The translations under genes and the position numbers were made by a program. 64,000 bases of DNA, from assembly GCF_009914755.1 (NCBI RefSeq), contig NC_060947.1; one strand, 5' to 3'. This DNA is from the human T2T-CHM13v2.0 reference genome, Homo sapiens. This document shows, one piece after another, positions 62,082-64,000 of this stretch; within the stretch, counting starts at the first letter, position 1; each line of letters starts with the position of its first letter. Below the pieces are notes generated by a model that was given only the letters and a program-made list of their open reading frames with translations, made no database searches and was not told where the DNA came from.

Positions 62082-64000
62082 GGCATGGAAGGAAGATACT
62101 CTTGGATACTCTTGTCTCTTCAGCTACTTGTCTGTTTAAATGCTGAATGCTGACTAATTATTATTGACATTATTAATAATATCCTTCAGGGCACTTTGAA
62201 ATAAACTATTTCAAATGTAATTCTAATGTAATACAGTAATTACAGAATTTACAGTTATGAACAAGGGTCAGATCTTTCATCAGGTAAAATATTAAAGGAA
62301 TGTAAATTAGTTCTTGGGGGGCCCTGCTTTTGCCTTGGGTCCTCTTCCTTTTGATCCCTCTGATCCTGGCTTCAAGAACCTCTCTGCAGAAATATTCTAC
62401 CTAGGTATGAACACCCTAAGCAACAATGCAGTTTCCATTTTGGTCTCTTTCTTATTTCTCATCAGATTTTGGATTTGGGTGGGTTATCTAACACCTGTGG
62501 CAGAATTTTGCTGTTTTGGGAATTTACATAAAAAGTTAAATTAAATTTGTCCACTGGATGGCTTTCTGGGATAATAAAGCTAACGTGCTACCACTCTTAA
62601 GATGTGACACGGTCCTTAAGATTGGAAATCATCCATTCTTTCCAAAGTGTTTCTTCGGATGGGAGAACATCATGTTTCTGAAGCTGGTTTATGGTTTAGC
62701 TCAGAACAAGAAACTCAGTAGTTTATTCTCCCGAAAATGCTTCTTAAACACCAGCATGTAAGGAATTCTTTGTTGTTTTCATTTAGTTTCTGCCTAAGTT
62801 CAATCCCGCTTAGTTTTTGAGAACTAGCAAGATTATAGCCCAAAGGTGTTAGGAAATTTAATATTTCATAACAGCTGCTCAAGAGTTTTAAAGAGAAGTT
62901 ATAAAACTGGATAACTACTATTTTCTGCTTCCCACTAATTATTCTGGAACAGTTACAATGGCTATTTATGACTACATCAAAAGTTGTTCCTAACTTTGTA
63001 TCTTAGACTTGCAGAATTCTAAAAATACTGAGAGAATCTTCTTTCTGAGATCCGCTTTGTTTGTCAGTAACTTATTTGTGCCATGCTTTCCCATTTTAGG
63101 GGCTGGCCTTTCTGCTAGACGGTGAAATAGACAATGTATTTCTAATGTTCTGCCCAGGGTTCAGTGCCACTGTGACATCCTCCTTGGGCCTGTCTCTTCC
63201 CACTGGATGGGGATTAAGGCTCTAGTGGAGACCTTTGCTTTCCTGTTTCCTCTTGTCTTGTCAAAATATGAAACTCCCTGTTATCATCTTCATTTAGAGC
63301 AGTGTTACTCAACATATAGTCTGCAGACTAGTGTTGCTCCAGGACTGGATTAGATATGTACAGAAATTGAGAGTGTGCATTTAGAAAACTTTGTAGCGAT
63401 GGATGAGATGAGCTGGAATCTTGTTCTTTTTTGAAAATAGTTTGAAAATATTGTTTTGGAGTCTACTCTGACAAACTGGATTTTGATCCCATGTGCTACA
63501 ATGTACTGAGATGCATATGTTACTCCCTCAGGGTAACATATTTATTTCTGAATAGGCACGTCCTGGACACCCAAAAGGAATAGTGATCAGAAGTGCTGAT
63601 TCCAAGATTGTAATTAACTCAGAATATGGTGCAAAAGGGAGATTTGATTTTCTAAAATACAAGACAAAATATAGCATATTACCTGAGAAACTCCGCTGAG
63701 GAAGTTCCTAGGCTAAATGATATATTAGGCATTCCTAGATGACTTTTCTTCCTATTACAAACTTCATGCTATGTATATGTATATCACATGTGTAATTTTT
63801 ACAAAATCAAATTATACCTGAGTTCCTCCCAAGATAAAAGTTATGAGTCCAGTGTTATTCAGTGGTAAAAGAGTAAAATACTCTTTCTCATCAGTGCCGA
63901 GAGCTCATCTGACTGATGTAAATTGGTTCCCCTAGAAAAAGAAATGCCATCTCAGGAGGAATTATATTTCACTTTGTTTACTTTAAGGCAGGATCAGGCC

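Overview
This is human (hominid) euchromatic DNA, intergenic or deep-intronic, AT-rich and dominated by transposable elements. A human-specific AluYb8 at 34784-35099 supports the species call. I see no host protein-coding gene, CpG island, tRNA/rRNA gene or CRISPR array. Nearly all ORFs in the track are L1, Alu or ERV remnants or chance ORFs. The main structures are a 5'-inverted L1PA5-like insertion (2665-4603), a near full-length L1PA7-like element interrupted by an Alu (24040-30800, minus strand) and an internally deleted HERV-L provirus with two MLT2A1-type LTRs and a dUTPase (54713-59766). There are also solo LTRs (MER57, LTR1, MER11, MSTD, MER93, LTR33- and LTR16-like), about 15 Alus, and old L1M, L2, MIR and DNA-transposon fossils. 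I found no convincing undescribed biological system. The best leads are regulatory or evolutionary: a DUX4-type motif in the HERV-L 5' LTR, an L1 antisense promoter facing candidate exons, two L1s disrupted at the same RT site, and a possible CR1/L3 fossil. Subfamily names come from recalled consensus sequences and were not checked by a database search.
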